Assembly (NCBI GenBank): GCA_964428965.1
Contig: CAYSAF010000002.1
Coordinates: forward strand, 20,985-84,984
Direction of reading: 5' to 3'
Origin: Candidatus Woesearchaeota archaeon
GTDB taxonomy: Archaea; Nanobdellota; Nanobdellia; SCGC-AAA011-G17; VGLX01
DNA: 64,000 bases
The notes below the pieces were generated by a model. That model searched no databases. It worked only from the letters and a program-made list of their open reading frames with translations, and had not been told where the DNA came from. Each line of letters starts with the position of its first letter. The stretch's first letter is position 1. This document shows, piece after piece, positions 29,245 through 39,032 of the stretch. The position numbers and the translations under genes were made by a program.

Positions 29245-31530
29245 TTATTCCACAGTTATGTCGGTCAGGCTTGTTCCCTTGACGAGTGCTTCTGTGCCTG
29301 ATAAGGTATAGTCCTTGTAGTTGGCTAAAACCTTAGCAGCCCTTCTGGTGTCTAAGGCATTGGTACCGGCTATCAGCAGAGCAACCTTGTTGCCGTTCGC
29401 TGCCAGCTTGATTAAACCTTCGCCTTCCTTCAAACTCCAGCCTTCGCACGTCATTCCAAATCCGGGAACAGCTGTAACAGCATCGTTTGCGCAAGGTCCA
29501 CCCACGACGATCAAGTTGTACATGGCCTCTGAACCTTTTATTTCAGAGTCCAACTTTGTCACAGGCGTAATGCTTGCGACAGTACATGTCTCGCCGGCTG
29601 CGCTTGTTGTAGCAGCACTGCCCTTTATGACGATGTTGGCCTGCACCTGGTCCGCAGGTATGTCAAACACAACCTCATCTGAGGCACCGTGAGCCTTCGG
29701 ATCCCTTATTATGATCCCGTACCTTGACAGGTGGTCCTCGTCCTTCGTACCTATAGACATCTCTGTGTAGCCGTCACCAGCTGTGTTTCCATCAGTGGTT
29801 TCGTTGTAACCAAACCATCTCAACTCTCCAGCCTCTTCTGAGGAAACTGTGCTTCCCAAAGCTGCAAAGGAGTAATCAGCTGCTGCATGCGTCCACCACA
29901 TAGATACGTTGTCGTTGTAATACGGCATGTCCGAACTTATGTAAGGCGATAAGGTTACGTTGATTCCGTTTTCTGCAGTTGTACCCTCAACAAGTATAGG
30001 CATGTCAGTACTCTTTGTGTTGTCGTAGTTAACCTCAGCTATGGTGTTAGAGGTTCCTGATACATTACCTATACAACCTGCCATCTGAGTCTTACTGTTG
30101 GTATCCTTGTAGTAAACCCCTAGTGATGCTGCTTCACCGTTAGTTGCGTTCATACATCTCCACAGCCAAATCTTATCCGACTTGGGGTTGGATATTGTGC
30201 CGTTGGCATCAAGATATCCACTACCAGTCTTGATCTGGAATCCTTCAGCCTGGTTCGTGTGGGCGTACACAGCAGATACTGATGTGGATGAACCACCGTC
30301 AGCTTGACTCAAGTCTGCGTTGGTGTCCAACTCAAACGTGTACGTCTTGTAGGCTGTGTCCTTAACAGTCAGACTGTCAAGACATATACTAACGTAGCTG
30401 TTTGGCAGTTCGATGCACTCACCAACACCTGGCGGGTTATCCGAATCGTCGTTATAGACGAAATCGTTCTCGATACTTAGGTAAGGACCTGTGAACTCGC
30501 CTGTGGTGTTTGTCGTGGTCGAAGAGTAGTCGTGTAAGCTACCTATGTTCCATACCCAGTTAGGGTCGTCCTTATTCTCACCGATGTAGGCGTCTCCATC
30601 CTTGTAGGTCTGCTGGGCTTCCTTACCCAAGATCAAGGATGCTGACCTCTGAGCCTTAACGGTTTCATAGAACGTTTGATCTACTTTTACTTCAATGCCG
30701 TTAACGACTTTTGCGGTGGAAGACACTACCTCTACAACACCATCAACGTCAACAACGATAGAGCCCCCTTCACCTACGTTCGTCAAGGTAACTTTCTTAC
30801 CCTCTACTTCTACAGAATCTCCTACATCCATGAAGTATTCTGTACCCACATAGGCTGAGAACTTGTTATCGACTGATGTGTCGATCTCGGTTATCTTCAA
30901 GGTCTTACCCAAGAACTTAATCTCCAACGGGTTGGTTGATGTCGTCTTGTTTAACTGGATGGTCTCATCAAATACATAGTAGTACTTGATTGAATCCACG
31001 TCAGCTTCCAGTACAACATCTGTCTGGTAGTCGTCATCGTTACTTGTCAAACTGGTCTGCACTCTTGGGAATTTGCTCGCTTGACCCAGTTCGAGAATTT
31101 CCCTGGTGTCATAAGTTCCACTTTGGAAAGCGATCTCCCCATCCCAGAGAGAATCTATGTCGTCGTCTTCCAGCTCCTGGTCGAAAGTCCTTGAAGCCGC
31201 GTTAGCTATAGGTTCACCAAGAGGGATATCATCGGTATCTCCTCCTGTGACGCTAACAGTTCCACCAGACGCTTTACACTCCTTGGATTCGTATTGCAAG
31301 TTCGTTGCAATATCTACCATACCGAGTGTATCAGATGCTGCTGCGTTGGCACCTACGACTAGCACGTTGCTAGAGTCGTACTTACCGCTTACAACGAATG
31401 GCGACGGATAGTCCTTCAAGTCAAGAGCCATCGCACCGGTCATGGTAGCCCCCAACATTGCCATTCCTGTACCAATAGCAGCAGCCGTCTTAACGGCTTT
31501 CTTAGCTTTCAGTACAAAGCTTTTTTGCAT
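29245..31530 (-). CDS. S-layer protein (Methanococcales/DPANN type)
   Basis: KTAAAIGTG.AMLGAT..GA.A signal, DLKDYPSPFV, VVGANAAASD N-terminal motif, NLIVVGGPCAN and LIAG....DT..AA..L C-terminal motifs; acidic; C-ending codon bias. Confidence 0.9.
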   Translation of the reverse strand: MQKSFVLKAKKAVKTAAAIGTGMAMLGATMTGAMALDLKDYPSPFVVSGKYDSSNVLVVGANAAASDTLGMVDIATNLQYESKECKASGGTVSVTGGDTDDIPLGEPIANAASRTFDQELEDDDIDSLWDGEIAFQSGTYDTREILELGQASKFPRVQTSLTSNDDDYQTDVVLEADVDSIKYYYVFDETIQLNKTTSTNPLEIKFLGKTLKITEIDTSVDNKFSAYVGTEYFMDVGDSVEVEGKKVTLTNVGEGGSIVVDVDGVVEVVSSTAKVVNGIEVKVDQTFYETVKAQRSASLILGKEAQQTYKDGDAYIGENKDDPNWVWNIGSLHDYSSTTTNTTGEFTGPYLSIENDFVYNDDSDNPPGVGECIELPNSYVSICLDSLTVKDTAYKTYTFELDTNADLSQADGGSSTSVSAVYAHTNQAEGFQIKTGSGYLDANGTISNPKSDKIWLWRCMNATNGEAASLGVYYKDTNSKTQMAGCIGNVSGTSNTIAEVNYDNTKSTDMPILVEGTTAENGINVTLSPYISSDMPYYNDNVSMWWTHAAADYSFAALGSTVSSEEAGELRWFGYNETTDGNTAGDGYTEMSIGTKDEDHLSRYGIIIRDPKAHGASDEVVFDIPADQVQANIVIKGSAATTSAAGETCTVASITPVTKLDSEIKGSEAMYNLIVVGGPCANDAVTAVPGFGMTCEGWSLKEGEGLIKLAANGNKVALLIAGTNALDTRRAAKVLANYKDYTLSGTEALVKGTSLTDITVE

Positions 31531-31534
31531 TTAT

Positions 31535-31682
31535 AACACACCTCCATGTGTTTTTTTCCTGATTATCAGGTTATCTACACATCTATTCTAGAAATCACTC
31601 ACCGTCTTTTTTATCAAAGTCACTAGTCATCAACTAATAGATATGGCATAAATGAAATTTTATTGGTTTATAAATTTTTTGT
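31535..31682 (-). promoter_or_regulatory. S-layer promoter and structured leader of about 115 nt
   Basis: BRE/TATA (AAAAAATTTATAAAC on the minus strand, about 31666-31681); AACACA-TGGAGG-TGTGTT hairpin around the SD; CCTGAT-A-ATCAGG palindrome. Confidence 0.55.
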
Positions 31683-31811
31683 CACTAAAATCAACAAAAA
31701 ACGGCTGGAAACGAAAAAAATAAGGGTTTTAGGGCTTAAAAAGGCAAAAGGGGGTCGAAAAAACCCCGGTTTATGTTATAACTCCCTGATGGTGTAAGTT
31801 TTTAAAGTGTT

Positions 31812-32273
31812 TTACTTTAGACAGACCAAAAGGTTGATCAGCAGGGAGGTCTTACCAAACCTGACGTTAGCATGAGCAGCCATCCTCTTAGGCAGGCTGC
31901 AGGAGCCGTCGGAAAGGAAGAGAGAGCTGCCTTCCTTAATCTCAAAAGAGTACTGCCAGCCAGAGTTGTAAGACCTGGTAACGTTGGCAACCACCTCTTT
32001 TATGTAAGCTTTACAGTCAGGATTACCGCAGTAATCCCTGTTTCCAGAAAACATGTAACAAGTAACAATAACATCTTCCAGGGTATCAGACAAATCCTCA
32101 CAAGGGGTAACCTTCATCATGGTGTTAAGAAGATTCGAAACCTCAGCGCTCTGCCTAAGATCAGGCAGAGAGGTATCAACAGGTTTCTGCAAGAAAAAAA
32201 GATAGATAAGACCGCCAAAAATGAACAACACAACTATTACCAAAAGACCTAACATCTCCATCTGAGCCCTCAC
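31812..32273 (-). CDS. Pilin-like protein (class III signal peptide)
   Basis: MRA/QMEMLGLLVIVVLFI N-terminus, paired Cys. Confidence 0.72.
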   Translation of the reverse strand: MRAQMEMLGLLVIVVLFIFGGLIYLFFLQKPVDTSLPDLRQSAEVSNLLNTMMKVTPCEDLSDTLEDVIVTCYMFSGNRDYCGNPDCKAYIKEVVANVTRSYNSGWQYSFEIKEGSSLFLSDGSCSLPKRMAAHANVRFGKTSLLINLLVCLK

Positions 32274-32836
32274 GAGTACACCTCCACCGACAACACACCA
32301 ACAGCAAACCTCCTAGTAAGAGGGTGATAAAGAGAGACGGGAGTCTTAACTATGTCCTTGGCAGCGTAGCTTGGCTTGGGATGATGATAAACAGTCCAGT
32401 TACTACAAGTCTCAGGATAGTCAATGTGATTAAAAGCATCAAGGTCACACTCGCCGCTATTATTGGCATTCTCACTAAGCTTACCAGGCAAGGGATATAT
32501 CTGCTCAAAACGAATAACCTTAAAACCATAAGTACCCACATAGGCAGCCTTGTTAGAGCTGACCAACTTCTTGAAAGCCTGAAGCTTAACAACATCAACA
32601 TAATCCTTGGAATCACCCTTAATGCTGTACTGAACCTCAGGCAACGAATCTATTATGTTAACAAAAACAGTAGCCTTAACATCAGAAATACGCTTACCTG
32701 CTTCCCCAATACCAGCCAGGGACACATTATAATATATAGCGAGACCTATGACAATAAGGACAACTATAACAACAACCACCATAATAGCTTCTATGAATTC
32801 AAGATCACCCCTCTTAGAAGAGAACCACGCAGGCAC
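32270..32836 (-). CDS. Pilin-like protein (class III signal peptide); probable GTG start at 32836
   Basis: GGAGGT SD before the GTG; SKRG/DLEFIEAIMVVVVIVVLI; LPE...S motif. Confidence 0.7.
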   Translation of the reverse strand: MPAWFSSKRGDLEFIEAIMVVVVIVVLIVIGLAIYYNVSLAGIGEAGKRISDVKATVFVNIIDSLPEVQYSIKGDSKDYVDVVKLQAFKKLVSSNKAAYVGTYGFKVIRFEQIYPLPGKLSENANNSGECDLDAFNHIDYPETCSNWTVYHHPKPSYAAKDIVKTPVSLYHPLTRRFAVGVLSVEVYS

Positions 32837-33899
32837 CTTTACCTCCCAACTTTTTATTACTCTCAACAATAAAATCTTTGAACGAATCAAACTTGGCATG
32901 ATCCACATAACCGGGATCAGACTTGGCTGAATCAACCTCGAGCTTGAAACCATCAAGGTTGGCAAGCCGGATCATGTTATAGGAGCAGTCGTTAGTAGAA
33001 TCAAGCAGGTCCTTGGTGTAAAGCATGTTAGCCTTCTCACCATAAAGATTAAGCATAAGGCTTAGACGCTTATAGATCCTTGAAAGCTGACAGTTATAAC
33101 TGTCAAAATCCTCAGCGAGTACTGCACCAAAAAGCATGGGCTTACCCACAAAAAAAGAGTTATCGTCAGGAAAGTCAACAGAGCCGTGACATTCATCATC
33201 TTCCTTATCAGGCTCACAGTCAACATAATCAATTATTACATAACGACCGCTGAAGCCAGAGGGGGGATTGGTCTTGAAAAAAGCAAACTTAACAAAGTCA
33301 TACCTGCCCGAAGCATAAGAAAGCCTGGCCACAACCTGATCCTTTGAAATGCTCTCAACCTCAAAAGACTTTGGAAAGTTCTCATAATGATGCTCGGCAG
33401 GAGTTGTCAAGCTGTCGATGCCCTTAACGAAATCAGCAACATCACCGTCAGAAGGATAGACAAGGTAATACTTAGAACGCCTGTTTGTTAGGAAAAAGAA
33501 GTTGTCAACCTTGAAAGGATAGTACCAGCTCTGAGTCCAAGAGAGAATCTGATTATCCTCAAGCTTGGAAGGAGAAAAAATAACCTTCTTGGCATCAAAG
33601 TTATAAGTGCCTGAAGAAAACTTACCACAGGTAGGACCCTTGCCAAAACTCATCTTAACAGGAGAAGGCCAAGCCTCATTGGGAATTGGCTGGCTCTGAT
33701 CTTCAGAAACCATCAAAGCATTAAGTGAATCGTCAATCATGAAACCCAGCTCTGTAGTAGAAACCTCCTCCTTAGACTTACCCATGTCCATAGCAAACTT
33801 CACAAAAAAAAGAAGTATTATAGCGCCGACAACTAAAGAAAATATGTACTTGAATACAGGAGCAGCCAAGCCCTTACGAAGCTTTAGAAACCTCAACAT
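32814..33899 (-). CDS. Pilin-like/accessory protein (class III-like signal)
   Basis: LRKG + hydrophobic FKYIFSLVVGAIILLFF; IFSP and W..PFKV.NF motifs. Confidence 0.68.
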   Translation of the reverse strand: MLRFLKLRKGLAAPVFKYIFSLVVGAIILLFFVKFAMDMGKSKEEVSTTELGFMIDDSLNALMVSEDQSQPIPNEAWPSPVKMSFGKGPTCGKFSSGTYNFDAKKVIFSPSKLEDNQILSWTQSWYYPFKVDNFFFLTNRRSKYYLVYPSDGDVADFVKGIDSLTTPAEHHYENFPKSFEVESISKDQVVARLSYASGRYDFVKFAFFKTNPPSGFSGRYVIIDYVDCEPDKEDDECHGSVDFPDDNSFFVGKPMLFGAVLAEDFDSYNCQLSRIYKRLSLMLNLYGEKANMLYTKDLLDSTNDCSYNMIRLANLDGFKLEVDSAKSDPGYVDHAKFDSFKDFIVESNKKLGGKGACVVLF

Positions 33900-34356
33900 A
33901 ATTACCCCTAGAAGTCAAAACTATAGGCATGTTATTCCTAACACACAAAGGATTCTGAGAGGCAGGAGCTCTCAGGCAAGGAACGTAATAAGCCAAAACG
34001 CTCTTTGAAGAGTAAACAAAAACGTTGGAATTATTCCTCAAAGCAACAAAAGTGGGATTGTAATTTGACGGCTTATCAGTAGAACCAAAAAAGGGAATCT
34101 CGTGACTTGCGAAACAGACGTAGTTGAAGTCACAGGGAAGGTTAACAATAAACCTGTTACTGCTACCGACTTCGAAATAACAATAACGCTGAACATCCTT
34201 CTTCAAACCTGTCACGTAGTCAGCAACCTCGACATCACAAGAAACCTTCACAAGCTTGTAAACCTGGTAGACCCCCCAAGTGAGAATCAAAGCGCCAACA
34301 ACCAAAGCAAAAATCATCACCAAAGGCTGACCGAGCAACTGACCTCTTTTTTTCAT
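33874..34356 (-). CDS. Pilin-like protein (class III signal peptide)
   Basis: KKRG/Q...PLVMIFALVVGALIL; YVCF and NVF motifs. Confidence 0.72.
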   Translation of the reverse strand: MKKRGQLLGQPLVMIFALVVGALILTWGVYQVYKLVKVSCDVEVADYVTGLKKDVQRYCYFEVGSSNRFIVNLPCDFNYVCFASHEIPFFGSTDKPSNYNPTFVALRNNSNVFVYSSKSVLAYYVPCLRAPASQNPLCVRNNMPIVLTSRGNYVEVSKAS

Positions 34357-34395
34357 CAAAGAAAAAGAGAAGAAGGGAACTTATAAAATTTTTGA

Positions 34396-37300
34396 TTACA
34401 CGTAGACAGTGAACTTGGCCTCGTTCTTGAAAACATCGATGCAACTTATGTAATAAACAGGATTTGCTATGCTCAACTCGTGGATTAGCGAGTCTGTACC
34501 TGTCATCTGTGTGCCAGAGTCATAACTTATCGTTGAGTTCGTTGAATACTGACAGTTCGAAGGCTCGTTAAGCTCGAGATGCAACACAGTGCCTTCAGAA
34601 TATATGTAGATAATCTTCGGAGAGTCCAAGTCAATATCAACCTTGAACGTCATGTTTGAATAAGCCTCGTTACCTGCAATGTCACGACACATAACATAGT
34701 AGAAGTAGTCGCCCTTATCCAAAATAAGAGGCTGCCTGTGAATTGTTGAATTGGTCTCGAAGAACTCAATCATGCTCAGGAAAGGAACGTCAGAGTTAGC
34801 ATATCCACACCTTGCTTCACCCTCCTTAGCCCCACCACTGGTGATAACCCTCAACTCGGCATCGGACTGGTACAAAGTACCTGAAGGACCTGTGCTATCA
34901 ATCATCAAGATCTTGGTTGAACGCAAGCTGAACAAATAACTCTCTGTGTTAACGTTACCCTTCCTGTCCTTACACTTGAAGTAATAATCAGTAACACCTT
35001 CAGAATTGATCAATAGGTCTGTCTTGCACTCGTACAAACCATAATAAATTGAGGACAGGCTGAAGCCTGAATCAGCACAGGTAAACTTGCGGTCCATCAA
35101 ATCAAACTCGGTGTCGTTGAAATTCCAACGACAGTCTGCAGGCTCGTTAGTGTAAACGCTGAATGAAGTTGAATTAACATTGTAAGGAGCGTAAGCGCCG
35201 TTCTCAACACTTGTACGCTCAATAACAGGAGCTGTCAGGTCAGGAGCAGGCTCGATGCTGAACCTGATGAAATAATCACGGCTGTTCTTATTGCCAGAGG
35301 CATCCTTGCACCTTATGTAAATGTTGTAATTGCCGCCGTTTGTCAGCTTCAAGGCTTCAGGAGTTGTCAAGTCAGAGGGCAGAGTTAAAGTAATCTGGTG
35401 GTCATAAGTGTAGACTGCTTCTCCGAAGAAAGCTGTCTTCTGCTCAAAGTCAACAGAATGTTCAGAGCCGAACTTGCACTGAGCAGGCTCGTCAGTTTTT
35501 AAACCCAAAGTGATTGCCTGGAACGGCTTCAGCTTCTGATTAAGTTTGAAACCCTTATTACCCTCATCTGTAATCTCTGTGATTGTGAAACCTTTAGCGA
35601 GGACATCCTTCCAAGGGGTTATGATAGGAGAGTTAACATCATTCGGGTGCATGTTGATACACTTCTCCTCAGAAGTACCCAGATTGACCAAAGAACAGAG
35701 CTTGCCGAGAGACTTACACCTGTACTCGGAACAGGGCTTGTTGTTATTATCTTCATTACACTTCTCACAATCCTTACCACCCGCGGGAGCCTGCCAGACA
35801 TCACAAGTCATATGATAAGTCTCTGATTTGTCCTGAGCGAGGAAAACATCAACGAACTGGTAGATTGTGTAGAGCCACATCAATGTGTTGAGGGCGCCCA
35901 TAACATTGGACATAGCACTACTACTTTGAGTGGTTATTGTCTGGCCTTCAGGTACTTTCATCCCTTTTTCTGTAACAACTTTATACATACCTTCATCGGT
36001 GGTACTTGGGACAATATCTTTTGATTTAGCAAGAAGTTCTTTGTCGCCTTTAAAAAATTTCAATGCTTCTCCCTCAGTTAAAGGTGTATTCTTACCTACA
36101 GTACTTCCACTTGAAAAAGTCCTTACGCCATAAGTAGCACCCCAATTAGAAATTATATTGCCAGCAGGTTCCTTGCCAAGCTTGAACAACCAACCAAAAG
36201 CATTACCTATAGTTGATAGCCCTCCAAACATACCTTCTGTAAACTTACCCTTAGTCCAGCCAGTAGCAAAACCAGTATAAACACCGGTAGCAACCATCAC
36301 ACCAAGAGGAAGACCTGCCTGCTTGAAAAACTCGGTAAACTTACCACCGCCCAAGATACCAGAAGACTCTTCATCCTTCTCCTTCTTAGAAGGCTGGGAG
36401 AGAGTTTTCCAATCACCAACCTCTGACTCCTTCAACTTGCTACCCTTAAACCACTTCCTCTCAGCAGAAGCAGTGTTAGCATAACCATCAGTTGTTATCT
36501 TACCCAATATGTTGAAATAGGCACCACAGTCACCCATCGACTTACAAAGGGTGTTACCAGCAACGATCCAAGAATGCTCGGTACAATGACAGTTCTTCAC
36601 ACACTCCCAATCATCAACTGCAAAAATCCTTGACATACCACCCCGATGCCAGCTAACAGTGCACTCCTGATTAGCCTGGGTGCAAACGCTGGAACCAGAA
36701 CCGCCGCCAACACCAGTAATAGTGCTTGTGCCAGCAGCTGTAGAAACAGCAGCACCTGTAGGTGTAGTAGTCTTTGAAGAGGTCTCCTCAGACGAGAGCT
36801 TGGTTGCAAGCTTCTGCCCTGTACCAGTCTTTGTGGTTGAGGAAAGCTGCTCAGGCTCCCTATTCCAGAAAGCAAAACCAGGGGGAACGTCAGGAACACA
36901 AACTCCGGTAATGCCAACAGCAATACCTGCCTTCAAAAAGAAACAATCACGAACAGCAACGTCTTCACAGCACTTCTTAACACAACAATCAGCGCCCTTG
37001 CCAGAGCAATCACCTCCGCAAGACCTTTGAGAGTTACAAGCAAAACAATCCTCCCATCTGCTATCACGACAGGCAGCCTCAACATAATCACCGGTAACGC
37101 CGAAAGACTCGAAGGCAGTCTTAGCAGGCTCGTTATGCATTATGCCCTGAACACAAATCTCTTCCCTGAAATCACGACAGGGCTCAACCATCTCCTCACC
37201 GTTAACACAGATGTGACGGAAATGCCTTGAGCCGACAGCATCACGAGCATGGCCTGGAAAGGTATCATAAATACACCAGGATTCGCCATTCTTCTTTTTT

Positions 37301-38211
37301 GTACCTGAGTTAGAGCTGACATCATCCTTGTAAACAGTATTGCAGTTAACATCACGACAGGTAAATTCGCCAAACTTCATGTTGACGTTCTTGGCAGGAC
37401 CGCAAAGGGTTCCGGTGCTGTAATCACAATTACCGCAGTTAGGATCGTTAACAGTCTTGGACTTACAACTCTGCTCCTTGGAAAGAACATAGCCGTTGTT
37501 GTAAGAAGAAACCTTATCAGCGTTGTAAATATTCTCTTGGTTGCCGCAACTGTCAAACCAGAAAACCTCATCCTGACCTGGCAGACAACCAGTCTTCTGC
37601 TGCTTGGCACAGTCACACTTCAACTTGTCGTTACTGCACAGCATTCCGGGATAGAAGCCGTCGCCAGTCTCGTTGCCCACCTGAACAGCGGCAGCAGTTG
37701 TGCAAGAACCTCTCATAGTAAAGCTGCACTCAGTACCTGAAACACAACAACCCTTGTCCTCAGCCCTTGACTTGGCTATGCACTCCTGCTCTGTAAGAAT
37801 GTTCTCGTCAAAAGTCATGGTAACGTTAGGGTATAAAGAAGTTTCAGCCTTGCAACGAACTTGGGTGACGAAAAAAGCCTCGTTACCTATTATGCAACAG
37901 CCCTTGCTGCATTGCTGAATGCCACAGTTCTCATCAGTATCCCAGGTGTTGCCATACATGGAGTTACACTCAGCCTTGGGAACGTTCTTAAAACATCTTC
38001 CCTCATCGCTGCTATAACAGCAGCCTACCTTGCAGAAAGAGGTCTGCTCACAGGTGATAGAAGCAACCTTTGAACCTGCAGCGCAGTTAGACTCATCGGT
38101 GTAAAGGCAATACTCATTCGCTTTTGTTTTCTCACAACAAACGTTGAAAGCGGAAACAAAACTAATCAAAATAAGAAATACTAAAGGGATGATACACTTC
38201 TTAAAATTCAT
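34396..38211 (-). CDS. Giant Cys-rich secreted protein with central hydrophobic segment and C-terminal Ig-like repeats (paralog A)
   Basis: Signal peptide; CCEKT, C..GCC repeats, FDSCGN.E, NGESWC, GDCG, WQAP.GG.DC..C, C.EY.CKSLG..C, D..AP.I...T.E.A.C repeats. Confidence 0.85.
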   Translation of the reverse strand: MNFKKCIIPLVFLILISFVSAFNVCCEKTKANEYCLYTDESNCAAGSKVASITCEQTSFCKVGCCYSSDEGRCFKNVPKAECNSMYGNTWDTDENCGIQQCSKGCCIIGNEAFFVTQVRCKAETSLYPNVTMTFDENILTEQECIAKSRAEDKGCCVSGTECSFTMRGSCTTAAAVQVGNETGDGFYPGMLCSNDKLKCDCAKQQKTGCLPGQDEVFWFDSCGNQENIYNADKVSSYNNGYVLSKEQSCKSKTVNDPNCGNCDYSTGTLCGPAKNVNMKFGEFTCRDVNCNTVYKDDVSSNSGTKKKNGESWCIYDTFPGHARDAVGSRHFRHICVNGEEMVEPCRDFREEICVQGIMHNEPAKTAFESFGVTGDYVEAACRDSRWEDCFACNSQRSCGGDCSGKGADCCVKKCCEDVAVRDCFFLKAGIAVGITGVCVPDVPPGFAFWNREPEQLSSTTKTGTGQKLATKLSSEETSSKTTTPTGAAVSTAAGTSTITGVGGGSGSSVCTQANQECTVSWHRGGMSRIFAVDDWECVKNCHCTEHSWIVAGNTLCKSMGDCGAYFNILGKITTDGYANTASAERKWFKGSKLKESEVGDWKTLSQPSKKEKDEESSGILGGGKFTEFFKQAGLPLGVMVATGVYTGFATGWTKGKFTEGMFGGLSTIGNAFGWLFKLGKEPAGNIISNWGATYGVRTFSSGSTVGKNTPLTEGEALKFFKGDKELLAKSKDIVPSTTDEGMYKVVTEKGMKVPEGQTITTQSSSAMSNVMGALNTLMWLYTIYQFVDVFLAQDKSETYHMTCDVWQAPAGGKDCEKCNEDNNNKPCSEYRCKSLGKLCSLVNLGTSEEKCINMHPNDVNSPIITPWKDVLAKGFTITEITDEGNKGFKLNQKLKPFQAITLGLKTDEPAQCKFGSEHSVDFEQKTAFFGEAVYTYDHQITLTLPSDLTTPEALKLTNGGNYNIYIRCKDASGNKNSRDYFIRFSIEPAPDLTAPVIERTSVENGAYAPYNVNSTSFSVYTNEPADCRWNFNDTEFDLMDRKFTCADSGFSLSSIYYGLYECKTDLLINSEGVTDYYFKCKDRKGNVNTESYLFSLRSTKILMIDSTGPSGTLYQSDAELRVITSGGAKEGEARCGYANSDVPFLSMIEFFETNSTIHRQPLILDKGDYFYYVMCRDIAGNEAYSNMTFKVDIDLDSPKIIYIYSEGTVLHLELNEPSNCQYSTNSTISYDSGTQMTGTDSLIHELSIANPVYYISCIDVFKNEAKFTVYV

Positions 38212-38987
38212 GGTACCAAAGTTGATTCTCCTTGAACGAAAAACTGGAAGACGTAATCGCTATCATACTTGCTCAGTATGTACAGCTTGTCAGGATATGG
38301 TTTCTTCTTCTCAATCCTAACCTCACCCCTCTTAGCAAGCATGTAAATCATCTGATCAAACTCGCCGAATTCGGTTTCGTAATCTAAAATATTTTGCGAG
38401 GCATCGTACAAGTAACCTAGCGGGTATTCAAAAGTCTGGGTGAACTCCTGAGCAGAAACCTCAGCAGAAGATTTAGTAGACCTAAGCCTTATCGGGTAGG
38501 TAACCTTAACTATCACCATTTCAGAACCTATGCTGGTCTCAACTGTCCATTTCTTTGGTGTTATTATCTCAAAACTGCCGAACTTCTTGAAGCTCTGAAC
38601 GTCGATACAAGTCTGCAAACTGAAGTCTATGGCAGCGTTAAGCTGACGCTCCATGTCAGACCTTGTAAGCATGCGATTGATGCAACGAGGGGTTCCAGTC
38701 ATAGTGTAACAGAGGTAACTGATGGTAGTATCGTTGTAAAGCCTGAAAGTGTCAGGAGGGGTTGACAGATAACCGCCTTGTAAACCGATCTGCCTGATAG
38801 GTTGATCAGAAACCTTGCCTATGCACTTAAGCACGTGCTCATTGATATCATCAAGCTCAGAGTTCAAGTCACCAACGCTTGGGTTGAGAAGAAATATGTT
38901 TGTCCTAGAATAGAGCAACAAAAAAGCAAGAATAACTATAACAATACCGAGAATAACGAAAATAGTAACCTGACCCCTTTTTTCCAT
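38208..38987 (-). CDS. Pilin-like protein (class III signal peptide, KRGQVTIF type)
   Basis: EKRG/QVTIFVILGIVIVI; IGLQGGY motif. Confidence 0.78.
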   Translation of the reverse strand: MEKRGQVTIFVILGIVIVILAFLLLYSRTNIFLLNPSVGDLNSELDDINEHVLKCIGKVSDQPIRQIGLQGGYLSTPPDTFRLYNDTTISYLCYTMTGTPRCINRMLTRSDMERQLNAAIDFSLQTCIDVQSFKKFGSFEIITPKKWTVETSIGSEMVIVKVTYPIRLRSTKSSAEVSAQEFTQTFEYPLGYLYDASQNILDYETEFGEFDQMIYMLAKRGEVRIEKKKPYPDKLYILSKYDSDYVFQFFVQGESTLVP

Positions 38988-39032
38988 CAAACCACCTTCC
39001 TAAATTTTAGTAACCTAATTATATAAAACTTT

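Noticed and set aside
31751..31783. TTATGTTATAA resembling a XerD arm of dif
   Set aside because: No convincing partner arm at 6-bp spacing; the adjacent GGGGT...ACCCC hairpin is equally consistent with a terminator.
32837..32965. N-terminal extension of the 231-aa ORF
   Set aside because: It lies inside the upstream gene; the SD + GTG at 32836 gives a proper class III signal peptide.
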